DNA from: Eledone cirrhosa
Taxonomy: Eukaryota
Assembly: GCA_964016885.1 (NCBI GenBank)
Contig: OZ024741.1
Coordinates: 245,458,001 to 245,522,000, forward strand
DNA length: 64,000 nt
Reading direction: 5' to 3'
The first letter of the stretch is position 1. Each line of letters starts with the position of its first letter. Position numbers and translations under genes: made by a program. The notes beneath the pieces are model-generated. The model saw only the letters and a list, made by a program, of their open reading frames with translations, had not been told where the DNA came from and ran no database searches. Positions 40,701 to 54,400 of this stretch are shown one piece after another.

Positions 40701-43700
40701 GATTTTTTTTAATGGATTTTTTAAATGAATTTTTTTAATGGATTTTTTTAATGGGTTTTTTAAATGGATTTTTTAATGGATTTTTAATGGATTTTTAATG
40801 GATTTTTAATGGATTTTTTAATGGATTTTTTTAAATGGATTTTTTTAATGGATTTTTAATGCATTTTTTTTAATGGATTTTTTTAATGGATTTTTTTTTT
40901 AATGGATTTTTTTTTAATGGATTTTTTTTTAATGAATTTTTTTTAATGGGTTTTTTAAATGGATTTTTTAATGGATTTTTAATGGATTTTTAATGGGTTT
41001 TTAATGGATTTTTTAATGGATTTTTAATGGATTTTTAATGGGTTTTTAATGGATTTTTTAATGGATTTTTTTAAATGGATTTTTTTAATGGATTTTTAAT
41101 GGATTTTTTTTAATGGATTTTTTTAATGGATTTTTTAATGGATTTTTTAATGGATTTTTTTTAATGGATTTTTTTAATGGATTTTTTAAATGGATTTTTT
41201 TAATGGATTTTTTTAATGGTTTTTTTTTAATGGATTTTTTTTTAATGGATTTTTTAAATGGATTTTTTTAATGGATTTTTTTTAATGGGTTTTTTAAATG
41301 GATTTTTTAATGGATTTTTAATGGATTTTTAATGGATTTTTAATGGGTTTTTAATGGATTTTTTTAAATGGATTTTTTTAATGGATTTTTAATGGATTTT
41401 TTTAAATTGATTTTTTTTAATGGATTTTTTTTTTAATGGATTTTTTTTTAATGGATTTTTTTTTAATGGATTTTTTTAATGGGTTTTTTAAATGGATTTT
41501 TTAATGGATTTTTAATGGATTTTTAATGGATTTTTAATGGGTTTTTAATGGATTTTTTAAATGGATTTTTTTAATGGATTTTTAATGGATTTTTTTAATG
41601 GATTTTTTTTAATGGTTTCTTTTAATGGATTTTTTTTTAATGGATTTTTTTTAATGGGTTTTTTTTTAATGGATTTTTTTTAATGGATTTTTTTAATGGA
41701 TTTTTTTAATGGATTTTTAATGGATTTTTTTTAATGGATTTTTTTAATGGATTTTTTAATGGATTTTTTTATGGATTTTTTTTTATGGATTTTTTTTAAT
41801 GGATTTTTTAAATGGATTTTTTTAATGGATTTTTTTAATGGGTTTTTTTAATGGATTTCTTTTTAATGGATTTTTTAAATGGATTTTTTTAATGGATTTT
41901 TTTAATGGGTTTTTTAAATGGATTTTTTAATGTATTTTTAATGGATTTTTAATGGATTTTTAATGGGTTTTTAATGGATTTTTTTAATTGGATTTTTTTA
42001 ATGGATTTTTAATGGATTTTTTTAATGGATTTTTTTTAATGGGTTTTTTTTAATGCATTTTTTTTAATGGATTTTTTTAATGGGTTTTTTAAATGGATTT
42101 TTTACTGGATTTTTAATGGATTTTTAATGGGTTTTTAATGGATTTTTTTAAATTGATTTTTTTAATGGGTTTTTTTTAATGGCTTTTTTTTAATGGGTTT
42201 ATTTAATGGCTTTTTTAAATGGATTTTTTAAATGGATTTTTTTAATGGATTTTTTTTAATGGGTTTTTTAAATGGATTTTTTAATGGATTTTTTTAAATG
42301 GATTTTTTTAATGGATTTTTAATGGATTTTTTAAATTGATTTTTTTTAATGGATTTTTTTTAATGGATTTTTTTTTTAATGGATTTTTTTAATGGGTTTT
42401 TTTAATGGCTTTTCTAAATGGATTTTTTTAATGGATTTTTTTAATGGATTTTTTTTAATGGGTTTTTTAAATGGATTTTTTAATGGATTTTTAATAGATT
42501 TTTAATGGATTTTTAATGGGTTTTTAATGGATTTTTTAAATGGATTTTTTTAATGGATTTTTTTTAATGGGTTTTTTAAATGGATTTTTTTAATGGATTT
42601 TTAATGGATTTTTAATGGATTTTTAATGGTTTTTAATGGATTTTTTAAATGGATTTTTTTAATGGATTTTTTATGGATTTTTTAAATTGATTTTTTTTAA
42701 TGGATTTTTTTTAATGGATTTTTTTTAATGGATTTTTTTTTTTAATGGATTTTTTTTTAATGGGTTTTTTTAATGGCTTTTTTAAATGGATTTTTTTTAA
42801 TGGATTTCTTTAATGGATTTTTTTAATGGATTTTTTTTTAATGGGTTTTTTTAATGGCTTTTTTAAATGGATTTTTTTAATGGATTTTTTTTAATGGGTT
42901 TTTTTTTAATGGATTTTTTTTAATGGATTTTTTAAATGGATTTTTTTAATGAATTTTTTTTAATGGGTTTTTTTAAATGGATTTTTTTTAATGGATTTTT
43001 TAAATGAATTTTTTTAATGGATTTTTTTAATGGGTTTTTTAAATGGATTTTTTAATGGATTTTTAATGGATTTTTAATGGGTTTTTAATGGATTTTTTAA
43101 TGGATTTTTTTAAATGGATTTTTTTAATGGATTTTTAATGGATTTTTTTTAATGGATTTTTTTAATGGATTTTTTAATGGATTTTTTAATGGATTTTTTT
43201 TAATGGATTTTTTTAATGGATTTTTTAAATGGATTTTTTTAATGGATTTTTTTAATGGTTTTTTTTTAATGGATTTTTTTTTAATGGATTTTTTAAATGG
43301 ATTTTTTTAATGGATTTTTTTTAATGGGTTTTTTAAATGGATTTTTTAATGGATTTTTAATGGATTTTTAATGGATTTTTAATGGGTTTTTAATGGATTT
43401 TTTTAAATGGATTTTTTTAATGGATTTTTAATGGATTTTTTTAAATTGATTTTTTTTAATGGATTTTTTTTTTAATGGATTTTTTTTGGATTTTTTTTTA
43501 ATGGATTTTTTAATGGGTTTTTTAAATGGATTTTTTTAATGGATTTTTAATGGATTTTTAATGGGTTTTTTTAAATTGATTTTTTTAATGGGTTTTTTTT
43601 AATGGCTTTTTTTAATGGGTTTTTTTAATGGCTTTTTTAAATGGATTTTTTTTAATGGATTTTTTTAATGGATTTTTTTAATGGGTTTTTAAATGGATTT

Positions 43701-46700
43701 TTTAATGGATTTTTTTAAATGGATTTTTTAATGGATTTTTAATGGATTTTTTTAAATTGATTTTTTTTAATGGATTTTTTTTAATGGATTTTTTTAATGG
43801 GTTTTTTTAATGGCTTTTTTAAATGGATTTTTTTAATGGTTTTTTTTTTTAATGGGTTTTTTTAATGGATTTTTTAATGGATTTTTAATTGATTTTTAAT
43901 GGATTTTTAATGGGTTTTTAATGGATTTTTGAAATGGATTTTTTAATGGATTTTTTTTTAATGGGTTTTTTAAATGGATTTTTTTAATGGATTTTTAATG
44001 GATTTTTAATGGATTTTTAATGGGTTTTTAATGGATTTTTTAAATGGATTTTTTTAATGGATTTTTAATGGATTTTTTAAATTGATTTTTTTTAATGGGT
44101 TTTTTTAAATGGATTTTTTTTTAATGGATTTTTTAAATGGATTTTTTAATGGCTTTTTTTAATGGGTTTTTTAAATGGATTTTTTAATGGATTTTTAATG
44201 GATTTTTAATGCATTTTTAATGGATTTTTAATGGATTTTTTAATGACTTTTTTTAAATGGATTTTTAATGGATTTTTTTCTATGGATTTTTTTTAATGGA
44301 TTTTTTTTAATGGATTTTTTTTTTTAATGGATTTTTTTTTAATGGGTTTTTTTAATGGCTTTTTTAAATGGATTTTATTAATGGATTTTTTTAATGGATT
44401 TTTTTAATGGATTTTTTTAATGGTTTTTTTAAATGGATTTTTTAATGGATTTTTAATGGATTTTTAATGGATTTTTAATGGGTTTTTAATGGATTTTTTA
44501 AATGGATTTTTTTAATGGATTTTTAATGGATTTTTTTAATGGATTTTTTTTAATGGTTTCTTTTAATGGATTTTTTTTTAATGGATTTTTTTTAATGGGT
44601 TTTTTTTTTAATGGATTTTTTTTAATGGATTTTTTTAATGGATTTTTTAATGGATTTTTAATGGATTATTTTTAATGGATTTTTTTTAATGGATTTTTTT
44701 AATGGATTTTTTAATGGATTTTTTTATGGATTTTTTTTAATGGATTTTTTTTAATGGATTTTTTAAATGGATTTTTTAAATGGATTTTTTTAATGGATTT
44801 TTTTAATGGATTTCTTTTTAATGGATTTTTTAAATGGATTTTTTTAATGGATTTTTTAATGGGTTTTTTAAATGGATTTTTTAATGTATTTTTAATGGAT
44901 TTTTAATGGATTTTTAATGGGTTTTTAATGGATTTTTTTAAATGGATTTTTTTAATGGATTTTTAATGGATTTTTTTAATGGATTTTTTTTAATGGGTTT
45001 TTTTTAATGGATTTTTTTTTAATGGATTTTTTTAATGGGTTTTTTTTTTAATGGATTTTTTTTAATGGATTTTTTAAATGGATTTTTTTAATGGATTTTT
45101 TTTAATGGGTTTTTTTAAATGGATTTTTTTAAATGGATTTTTTTTAATGGATTTTTTAAATGAATTTTTTTAATGGATTTTTTTAATGGGTTTTTTAAAT
45201 GGATTTTTTAATGGATTTTTAATGGATTTTTAATGGGTTTTTAATGGATTTTTTAATGGATTTTTTTAAATGGATTTTTTTAATGGATTTTTAATGGATT
45301 TTTTTAATGGATTTTTTTAATGGATTTTTTAATGGATTTTTTTATGGATTTTTTTTAATGGATTTTTTTTAATGGATTTTTTAAATGGATTTTTTTAATG
45401 GATTTTTTTAATGGGTTTTTTTTAATGGATTTTTTTTTAATGGATTTTTTAAATGGATTTTTTTAATAGATTTTTTTTAATGGGTTTTTTAAATGGATTT
45501 TTTAATGGATTTTTAATGGATTTATAATGGATTTTTAATGGGTTTTTAATGGATTTTTTTAAATGGATTTTTTTAATGGATTTTTAATGGATTTTTTTAA
45601 ATTGATTTTTTTTAATGGATTTTTTTTTTAATGGATTTTTTTTTAATGGATTTTTTTTAATGGATTTTTTTTAATGGGTTTTTTAAATGGATTTTTTACT
45701 GGATTTTTAATGGATTTTTAATGGGTTTTTAATGGATTTTTTTAAATGGATTTTTTTAATGGATTTTTAATGGATTTTTTTAAATTGATTTTTTTAATGG
45801 GTTTTTTTTAATGGCTTTTTTTTTAATGGGTTTTTTTAATGGCTTTTTTAAATGGATTTTTTAAATGGATTTTTTTAATGGATTTTTTTTAATGGATTTT
45901 TTAAATGGATTTTTTTAATGGATTTTTTTAATGGTTTTTTTTTAATGGATTTTTTTTAATGGATTTTTTAAATGGATTTTTTTAATGGATTTTTTTTAAT
46001 GGGTTTTTTAAATGGATTTTTTAATGGATTTTTAATGGATTTTTAATGGATTTTTAATGGGTTTTTAATGGATTTTTTAAATGGATTTTTTTAATGGATT
46101 TTTAATGGATTTTTTTAAATTGATTTTTTTTAATGGATTTTTTTTAATGGATTTTTTTTTTAATGGATTTTTTTAATGGGTTTTTTTAATGGCTTTTTTA
46201 AATGGATTTTTTTAATGGATTTTTTTAATGGATTTTTTTTAATGGGTTTTTTAAATGGATTTTTTAATGGATTTTTAATGGATTTTTAATGGGTTTTTAA
46301 TGGATTTTTTAAATGGATTTTTTTAATGGATTTTTTTTAATGGGTTTTTTAAATGGATTTTTTTAATGGATTTTTAATGGATTTTTAATGGATTTTTAAT
46401 GGGTTTTTAATGGATTTTTTAAATGGATTTTTTTAATGGATTTTTTATGGATTTTTTAAATTGATTTTTTTTAATGGATTTTTTTTAATGGATTTTTTTT
46501 AATGGATTTTTTTTTTAATGGATTTTTTTTTAATGGGTTTTTTTAATGGCTTTTTTAAATGGATTTTTTTAATGGATTTTTTTAATGGGTTTTTTAAATG
46601 GATTTTTTAATGGATTTTTAATGGATTTTTAATGGATTTTTAATGGGTTTTTAATGGATTTTTTAAATGGATTTTTTTAATGGATTTTTAATGGATTTTT

Positions 46701-48190
46701 TTAATGGATTTTTTTTAATGGGTTTTTTTAAATGGATTTTTTTTTAATGGATTTTTTTTAATGGATTTTTTTAATGGATTTTTTAAATGGATTTTTTTAA
46801 TGGATTTTTTTTAATGGGTTTTTTTAAATGGATTTTTTTTAATGGATTTTTTAAATGAATTTTTTTAATGGATTTTTTTAATGGGTTTTTTAAATGGATT
46901 TTTTAATGGATTTTTAATGGATTTTTAATGGGTTTTTAATGGATTTTTTAATGGATTTTTTTAAATGGATTTTTTTAATGGATTTTTAATGGATTTTTTT
47001 TAATGGATTTTTTTAATGGATTTTTTAATGGATTTTTTTATGGATTTTTTTTAATGGATTTTTTTTAATGGATTTTTTAAATGGATTTTTTTAATGGATT
47101 TTTTTAATGGTTTTTTTTTAATGGATTTTTTTTAATGGATTTTTTAAATGGATTTTTTTAATGGATTTTTTTTAATGGGTTTTTTAAATGGATTTTTTAA
47201 TGGATTTTTAATGGATTTTTAATGGATTTTTAATGGGTTTTTAATGGATTTTTTTAAATGGATTTTTTTAATGGATTTTTAATGGATTTTTTTAAATTGA
47301 TTTTTTTTAATGGATTTTTTTTTAATGGATTTTTTTTTAATGGATTTTTTTTTTATGGATTTTTTTTAATGGGTTTTTTAAATGGATTTTATAAATGGAT
47401 TTTTTTAATGGGTTTTTTTTAATGGATTTTTTTTAATGGATTTTTTAAATGGATTTTTTTAATGGATTTTTTTTAATGGGTTTTTTAAATGGATTTTTTA
47501 ATGGATTTTTAATGGATTTTTAATGGATTTTTAATGGGTTTTTAATGGATTTTTTTAAATGGATTTTTTTAATGGATTTTTAATGGATTTTTTTAATGGA
47601 TTTTTTTTAATTGTTTCTTTTAATGGATTTTTTTTTAATGGATTTTTTTTAATGGGTTTTTTTTTAATGGATTTTTTTTAATGGAATTTTTAAATGGATT
47701 TTTTTAATGGATTTTTTTTAATGGGTTATTTTAAATGGATTTTTTTTAATGGATTTTTTTTTAATGGATTTTTTTTAATGGATTTTTTTTAATGGGTTTT
47801 TTAAATGGATTTTTTACTGGATTTTTAATGGATTTTTAATGGGTTTTTAATGGATTTTTTTAAATGGATTTTTTTTAATGGATTTTTAATGGATTTTTTT
47901 TAATTGATTTTTTTAATGGGTTTTTTTTTAATGGCTTTTTTTAATGGTTTTTTTTAATGGCTTTTTTAAATGGATTTTTTAAATGGATTTTTTTAATGGA
48001 TTTTTTTAAATGGATTTTTTTAATGGATTTTTAATGGATTTTTTTAAATTGATTTTTTTTAATGGATTTTTTTTAATGGATTTTTTTTTTAATGGATTTT
48101 TTTAATGGGTTTTTTTAATGGCTTTTTTAAATGGATTTTTTTAATGGTTTTTTTTAATGGGTTTTTAAATGGATTTTTTAATGGATTTTT
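37760..48190. repeat. Large tandem duplication, copy 1 (~10.4 kb)
   Basis: Rare landmarks TTTTTGTAAT 37978, GGATATTTT 38053, TTCTAAT 39508, AACGGG 39623, TTGTAAT 40403 recur at +10708; GGTTTCT 41619, TTTCTAAAT 42414, GGATTATT 44668, ATTGTTTCT 47617, GGGTTATT 47728 recur at +11169/11170. Confidence 0.92.
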
Positions 48191-48467
48191 AATGGATTTT
48201 TAATGGATTTTTAATGGGTTTTTAATGGATTTTTTTAAATGGATTTTTTTAATGGATTTTTAATGGATTTTTTTAAATTGATTTTTTTTAATGGATTTTT
48301 TTTTTAATGGATTTTTTTTTAATGGATTTTTTTTTAATGGATTTTTTTTAATGGGTTTTTTAAATGGATTTTTTAATGGATTTTTAATGGATTTTTAATG
48401 GGTTTTTAATGGATTTTTTAAATGGATTTTTTTAATGGATTTTTTTAAATTGATTTTTTTAATGGGT

Positions 48468-51400
48468 TTTTTTTAATGGCTTTTTTTTAATGGGTTTTTT
48501 TAATGGCTTTTTTAAATGGATTTTTTTAATGGATTTTTTAATGGATTTTTTTTAATGGGTTTTTTAAATGGATTTTTTAATGGATTTTTTTAAATGGATT
48601 TTTTTAATGGATTTTTAATGGATTTTTTTAAATTGATTTTTTTTAATGGATTTTTTTTAATGGATTTTTTTTTTAATGGATTTTTGTAATGGGTTTTTTT
48701 AATGGCTTTTTTAAATGGATTTTTTTAATGGTTTTTTTTTAATGGGTTTTTTAAATGGATATTTTAATGGATTTTTAATTGATTTTTAATGGATTTTTAA
48801 TGGGTTTTTAATGGATTTTTGAAATGGATTTTTTAATGGATTTTTTTTAATGGGTTTTTTAAATGGATTTTTTTAATGGATTTTTAATGGATTTTTAATG
48901 GATTTTTTAATGACTTTTTTTAAATGGATTTTTTTAATGGATTTTTAATGGATTTTTTTTAATGGATTTTTTTTAATGGATTTTTTTTAATGGATTTTTT
49001 TTTTTTAATGGATTTTTTTTTAATGGGTTTTTTTAATGGCTTTTTTAAATGGATTTTTTTAATGGATTTTTTTAATGGATTTTTTTAATGGGTTTTTTAA
49101 ATGGATTTTTTAATGGATTTTTAATGGATTTTTAATGGATTTTTAATGGGTTTTTAATGGATTTTTTTAAATAGATTTTTTTAATGGATTTTTAATGGAT
49201 TTTTTTAATGGATTTTTTTAATGGGTTTTTTTAATGGATTTTTTTTTAATGGATTTTTTTTAATGGGTTTTTTTTTAATGGATTTTTTTTAATGGATTTT
49301 TTAAATGGATTTTTTTAATGGATTTTTTTTAATGGGTTTTTTTAAATGGATTTTTTTTAATGGATTTTTTAAATGAATTTTTTTAATGGATTTTTTTAAT
49401 GGGTTTTTTTAATGGATTTTTTAATGGATTTTTAATGGATTTTTAATGGATTTTTAATGGATTTTTTAATGGATTTTTTTAAATGGATTTTTTTAATGGA
49501 TTTTTAATGGATTTTTTTAAATTGATTTTTTTTAATGGATTTTTTTTTTAATGGATTTTTTTTTAATGGATTTTTTTTTAATGGATTTTTTTTAATGGGT
49601 TTTTTAAATGGATTTTTTAATGGATTTTTAATGGATTTTTAATGGGTTTTTAATGGATTTTTTAAATGGATTTTTTTAATGGATTTTTTTAAATTGATTT
49701 TTTTAATGGGTTTTTTTAATGGCTTTTTTTTAATGGGTTTTTTTAATGGCTTTTTTAAATGGATTTTTTTAATGGATTTTTTAATGGATTTTTTTTAATG
49801 GGTTTTTTAAATGGATTTTTTAATGGATTTTTTTAAATGGATTTTTTTAATGGATTTTTAATGGATTTTTTTAAATTGATTTTTTTTAATGGATTTTTTT
49901 TAATGGATTTTTTTTTTAATGGATTTTTTTAATGGGTTTTTTTAATGGCTTTTTTAAATGGATTTTTTTAATGGTTTTTTTTTAATGGGTTTTTTAAATG
50001 GATTTTTTAATGGATTTTTAATTGATTTTTAATGGATTTTTAATGGGTTTTTAATGGATTTTTGAAATGGATTTTTTAATGGATTTTTTTTAATGGGTTT
50101 TTTAAATGGATTTTTTTAATGGATTTTTAATGGATTTTTAATGGATTTTTTAATGACTTTTTTTAAATGGATTTTTTTAATGGATTTTTAATGGATTTTT
50201 TTTAATGGATTTTTTCTAATGGATTTTTTTTAATGGATTTTTTTTTTTAATGGATTTTTTTTTAATGGGTTTTTTTAATGGCTTTTTTAAATGGATTTTT
50301 TTAATGGATTTTTTTAATGGATTTTTTTAACGGGTTTTTTAAATGGATTTTTTAATGGATTTTTAATGGATTTTTAATGGATTTTTAATGGGTTTTTAAT
50401 GGATTTTTTTAAATAGATTTTTTTAATGGATTTTTAATGGATTTTTTTAATGGATTTTTTTAATGGGTTTTTTTAATGGATTTTTTTTTAATGGATTTTT
50501 TTTAATGGGTTTTTTTTAATGGATTTTTTTTAATGGATTTTTTAAATGGATTTTTTTAATGGATTTTTTTTAATGGGTTTTTTTAAATGGATTTTTTTTA
50601 ATGGATTTTTTAAATGAATTTTTTTAATGGATTTTTTTAATGGGTTTTTTAAATGGATTTTTTAATGGATTTTTAATGGATTTTTAATGGATTTTTAATG
50701 GATTTTTTAATGGATTTTTTTAAATGGATTTTTTTAATGGATTTTTAATGCATTTTTTTTAATGGATTTTTTTAATGGATTTTTTTTTAATGGATTTTTT
50801 TTTAATGGATTTTTTTTTAATGAATTTTTTTTAATGGGTTTTTTAAATGGATTTTTTAATGGATTTTTAATGGATTTTTAATGGGTTTTTAATGGATTTT
50901 TTAATGGATTTTTTTAAATGGATTTTTTTAATGGATTTTTAATGGATTTTTTTTAATGGATTTTTTTAATGGATTTTTTAATGGATTTTTTAATGGATTT
51001 TTTTAAATGGATTTTTTTAATGGATTTTTTAAATGGATTTTTTTAATGGATTTTTTTAATGGTTTTTTTTTAATGGATTTTTTTTTAATGGATTTTTTAA
51101 ATGGATTTTTGTAATGGATTTTTTTTAATGGGTTTTTTAAATGGATTTTTTAATGGATTTTTAATGGATTTTTAATGGATTTTTAATGGATTTTTAATGG
51201 ATTTTTAATGGGTTTTTAATGGATTTTTTAAATGGATTTTTTTAATGGATTTTTAATGGATTTTTTTAATGGATTTTTTTAATGGGTTTTTTTAATGGAT
51301 TTTTTTTTAATGGATTTTTTTTAATGGGTTTTTTTTAATGGATTTTTTTAAATGGATTTTTTAAATGGATTTTTTTAATGGATTTTTTTTAATGGGTTTT

Positions 51401-54400
51401 TTTAAATGGATTTTTTTTAATGGATTTTTTAAATGAATTTTTTTAATGGATTTTTTTAATGGGTTTTTTAAATGGATTTTTTAATGGATTTTTAATGGAT
51501 TTTTAATGGATTTTTAATGGATTTTTTAATGGATTTTTTTAAATGGATTTTTTTAATGGATTTTTAATGCATTTTTTTTAATGGATTTTTTTAATGGATT
51601 TTTTTTTTAATGGATTTTTTTTTAATGGATTTTTTTTTAATGAATTTTTTTTAATGGGTTATTTAAATGGATTTTTTAATGGATTTTTAATGGATTTTTA
51701 ATGGGTTTTTAATGGATTTTTTAATGGATTTTTAATGGATTTTTAATGGGTTTTTAATGGATTTTTTAATGGATTTTTTTAAATGGATTTTTTTAATGGA
51801 TTTTTAATGGATTTTTTTTAATGGATTTTTTTAATGGATTTTTTAATGGATTTTTTAATGGATTTTTTTTAATGGATTTTTTTAATGGATTTTTTAAATG
51901 GATTTTTTTAATGGATTTTTTTAATGGTTTTTTTTTAATGGATTTTTTTTTAATGGATTTTTTAAATGGATTTTTTTAATGGATTTTTTTTAATGGGTTT
52001 TTTAAATGGATTTTTTAATGGATTTTTAATGGATTTTTAATGGATTTTTAATGGGTTTTTAATGGATTTTTTTAAATGGATTTTTTTAATGGATTTTTAA
52101 TGGATTTTTTTAAATTGATTTTTTTTAATGGATTTTTTTTTTAATGGATTTTTTTTTAATGGATTTTTTTTTAATGGATTTTTTTAATGGGTTTTTTAAA
52201 TGGATTTTTTAATGGATTTTTAATGGATTTATAATGGGTTTTTTTAAATTGATTTTTTTAATGGGTTTTTTTAATGGCTTTTTTTAAATGGGTTTTTTTA
52301 ATGGCTTTTTTAAATGGATTTTTTTAATGGATTTTTTAATGGATTTTTTTTAATGGGTTTTTTAAATGGATTTTTTAATGGATTTTTTTAAATGGATTTT
52401 TTTAATGGATTTTTAATGGATTTTTTTAAATTGATTTTTTTTAATGGATTTTTTTTAATGGATTTTTTTTTTAATGGATTTTTTTAATGGGTTTTTTTAA
52501 TGGCTTTTTTAAATGGATTTTTTTAATGGTTTTTTTTTAATGGGTTTTTTAAATGGATTTTTTAATGGATTTTTAATTGATTTTTAATGGATTTTTAATG
52601 GGTTTTTAATGGATTTTTGAAATGGATTTTTTAATGGATTTTTTTTAATGGGTTTTTTAAATGGATTTTTTTAATGGATTTTTAATGGATTTTTAATGGA
52701 TTTTTAATGGGTTTTTAATGGATTTTTTAAATGGATTTTTTTAATGGATTTTTAATGGATTTTTTTAATGGATTTTTTTTAATGGTTTCTTTTAATGGAT
52801 TTTTTTTTAATGGATTTTTTTTAATGGGTTTTTTTTTAATGGATTTTTTTTAATGGATTTTTTTAATGGATTTTTTTAATGGATTTTTAATGGATTTTTT
52901 TTAATGGATTTTTTTAATGGATTTTTTAATGGATTTTTTTATGGATTTTTTTTTATGGATTTTTTTTAATGGATTTTTTAAATGGATTTTTTTAATGGAT
53001 TTTTTTAATGGGTTTTTTTAATGGATTTCTTTTTAATGGATTTTTTAAATGGATTTTTTTAATGGATTTTTTTAATGGGTTTTTTAAATGGATTTTTTAA
53101 TGTATTTTTAATGGATTTTTAATGGATTTTTAATGGGTTTTTAATGGATTTTTTTAAATGGATTTTTTTAATGGATTTTTAATGGATTTTTTTAATGGAT
53201 TTTTTTTAATGGGTTTTTTTTAATGCATTTTTTTTAATGGATTTTTTTAATGGGTTTTTTAAATGGATTTTTTACTGGATTTTTAATGGATTTTTAATGG
53301 GTTTTTAATGGATTTTTTTAAATTGATTTTTTTAATGGGTTTTTTTTAATGGCTTTTTTTTAATGGGTTTATTTAATGGCTTTTTTAAATGGATTTTTTA
53401 AATGGATTTTTTTAATGGATTTTTTTTAATGGGTTTTTTAAATGGATTTTTTAATGGATTTTTTTAAATGGATTTTTTTAATGGATTTTTAATGGATTTT
53501 TTAAATTGATTTTTTTTAATGGATTTTTTTTAATGGATTTTTTTTTTAATGGATTTTTTTAATGGGTTTTTTTAATGGCTTTTCTAAATGGATTTTTTTA
53601 ATGGATTTTTTTAATGGATTTTTTTTAATGGGTTTTTTAAATGGATTTTTTAATGGATTTTTAATAGATTTTTAATGGATTTTTAATGGGTTTTTAATGG
53701 ATTTTTTAAATGGATTTTTTTAATGGATTTTTTTTAATGGGTTTTTTAAATGGATTTTTTTAATGGATTTTTAATGGATTTTTAATGGATTTTTAATGGT
53801 TTTTAATGGATTTTTTAAATGGATTTTTTTAATGGATTTTTTATGGATTTTTTAAATTGATTTTTTTTAATGGATTTTTTTTAATGGATTTTTTTTAATG
53901 GATTTTTTTTTTTAATGGATTTTTTTTTAATGGGTTTTTTTAATGGCTTTTTTAAATGGATTTTTTTTAATGGATTTCTTTAATGGATTTTTTTAATGGA
54001 TTTTTTTTTAATGGGTTTTTTTAATGGCTTTTTTAAATGGATTTTTTTAATGGATTTTTTTTAATGGGTTTTTTTTTAATGGATTTTTTTTAATGGATTT
54101 TTTAAATGGATTTTTTTAATGAATTTTTTTTAATGGGTTTTTTTAAATGGATTTTTTTTAATGGATTTTTTAAATGAATTTTTTTAATGGATTTTTTTAA
54201 TGGGTTTTTTAAATGGATTTTTTAATGGATTTTTAATGGATTTTTAATGGGTTTTTAATGGATTTTTTAATGGATTTTTTTAAATGGATTTTTTTAATGG
54301 ATTTTTAATGGATTTTTTTTAATGGATTTTTTTAATGGATTTTTTAATGGATTTTTTAATGGATTTTTTTTAATGGATTTTTTTAATGGATTTTTTAAAT

